In this document: positions 63,345-64,000 of the stretch, piece after piece | How the letters are laid out: each line of letters begins with the position of its first letter | Position numbering within the stretch: the stretch's first letter is position 1 | Assembly: GCF_001194135.2 (NCBI RefSeq) | Contig: NC_068982.1 | Location: 96,902,822-96,966,821, forward strand | Direction: 5' to 3' | Length of the DNA stretch: 64,000 nt | Source: Octopus bimaculoides | Taxonomy: Eukaryota | Notes under the pieces: generated by a model | Seen by the model: the letters and a program-made list of their open reading frames with translations, nothing else | Database searches by the model: none | Told to the model about the DNA's origin: nothing | Made by a program: the position numbers and the translations under genes

Positions 63345-64000
63345 TATATATTATAAAATAAAACGATTGGGTTTTTCAACCCGGCAGCCTATAAGGCCCA
63401 GTAGCTCGCCTTCTATTTGCTCGATGATTAGTTAGGGTGACTCACACCCACCTTTTTCACCACTTCCTTCGATCTCTGTTCATATACTTTAGCTGACAGG
63501 GTTCTCTTTTCCAGCCCTATCTTGCTCTTCAGATGGTATTTGAAGTAAGTCAGCAATCCAGGGCCGGATATGTAGGACCCTGTCACAAAACCTTCCATTC
63601 TTGTCCTCCATATGCACTCTTTCAACACTGCTACCGTACAGAAAAAGCAAGCCTCACCTTCCTTTGAGAGTCCAGTTGGCGATATCATCTTTATCATAGA
63701 CTCAGCTGACAGCTGTAATCGTCCCAGATGCGACAACACGTGTTCTACATAAATTATCAAGCTGGAGAGCTGCCGACAATGTACAAAAGCGTGTTGGACA
63801 GTTTCACTGTCCTGCTCGCATCTTGGACATGTCGGTGGCACTGCTAAACCGTGCCTGGATAACTTCTCGCGAACAGGTAGAGCATTCCTGTAACACTGCC
63901 AAGTCAGAGATTTTTGGAAATTATCCAAGTACTCCGACTTGAAGGTTTTACGAAACAGGTTGGTAAGTTGGTTCTCGTCGAACCCCAGAGCCTCTCCTAG
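63345..64000 (-). mobile_element. L1/Tx1-clade LINE 3' end (zf-RVT-like cysteine-rich domain), runs off the window
   Basis: ALPVREKLSRHG...TCPRCEQDSETVQHAFVHC and ECIWRTR, followed by a short 3' UTR. Confidence 0.85.

Overview
AT-rich eukaryotic genomic DNA with assembly gaps. It is probably an octopus, inferred from the repeat families and microsatellite spectrum and not verified. Two protein-coding genes converge. (1) The last four coding exons of a SEC14L1/5-type gene (GOLD-domain end) lie on + at 2445-6244. (2) A complete 10-exon BIN3 (BAR domain, 251 aa) lies on - from ATG 51580 to TGA 28834, reconstructed exon by exon with canonical GT-AG sites and consistent phases. Upstream of BIN3, 57450-62840 is a diverged partial duplicate of the BIN3 3' end. 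Its exons 9 and 10 are still open and spliceable. This copy has a microhomology junction, a template-switch inverted duplication and a mariner insertion, and the ancestral state of each is visible in the main copy. The rest is transposon debris: RTE, CR1-like and L1/Tx1-like LINEs, tRNA-derived SINEs, mariner, hAT, piggyBac, Merlin and Ty3/Gypsy remnants, plus micro- and minisatellites. The best unexplained signals are a 45-bp pri-miRNA-like hairpin with strand-biased G:U pairs (9210-9309), an A:C-rich inverted repeat behind SEC14L, possible extra spliced exons downstream of and antisense to BIN3, and a satellite growing from an RTE 3' UTR. No rRNA, true tRNA or CRISPR array was seen. All alignments were done by eye, and repeat boundaries are approximate.
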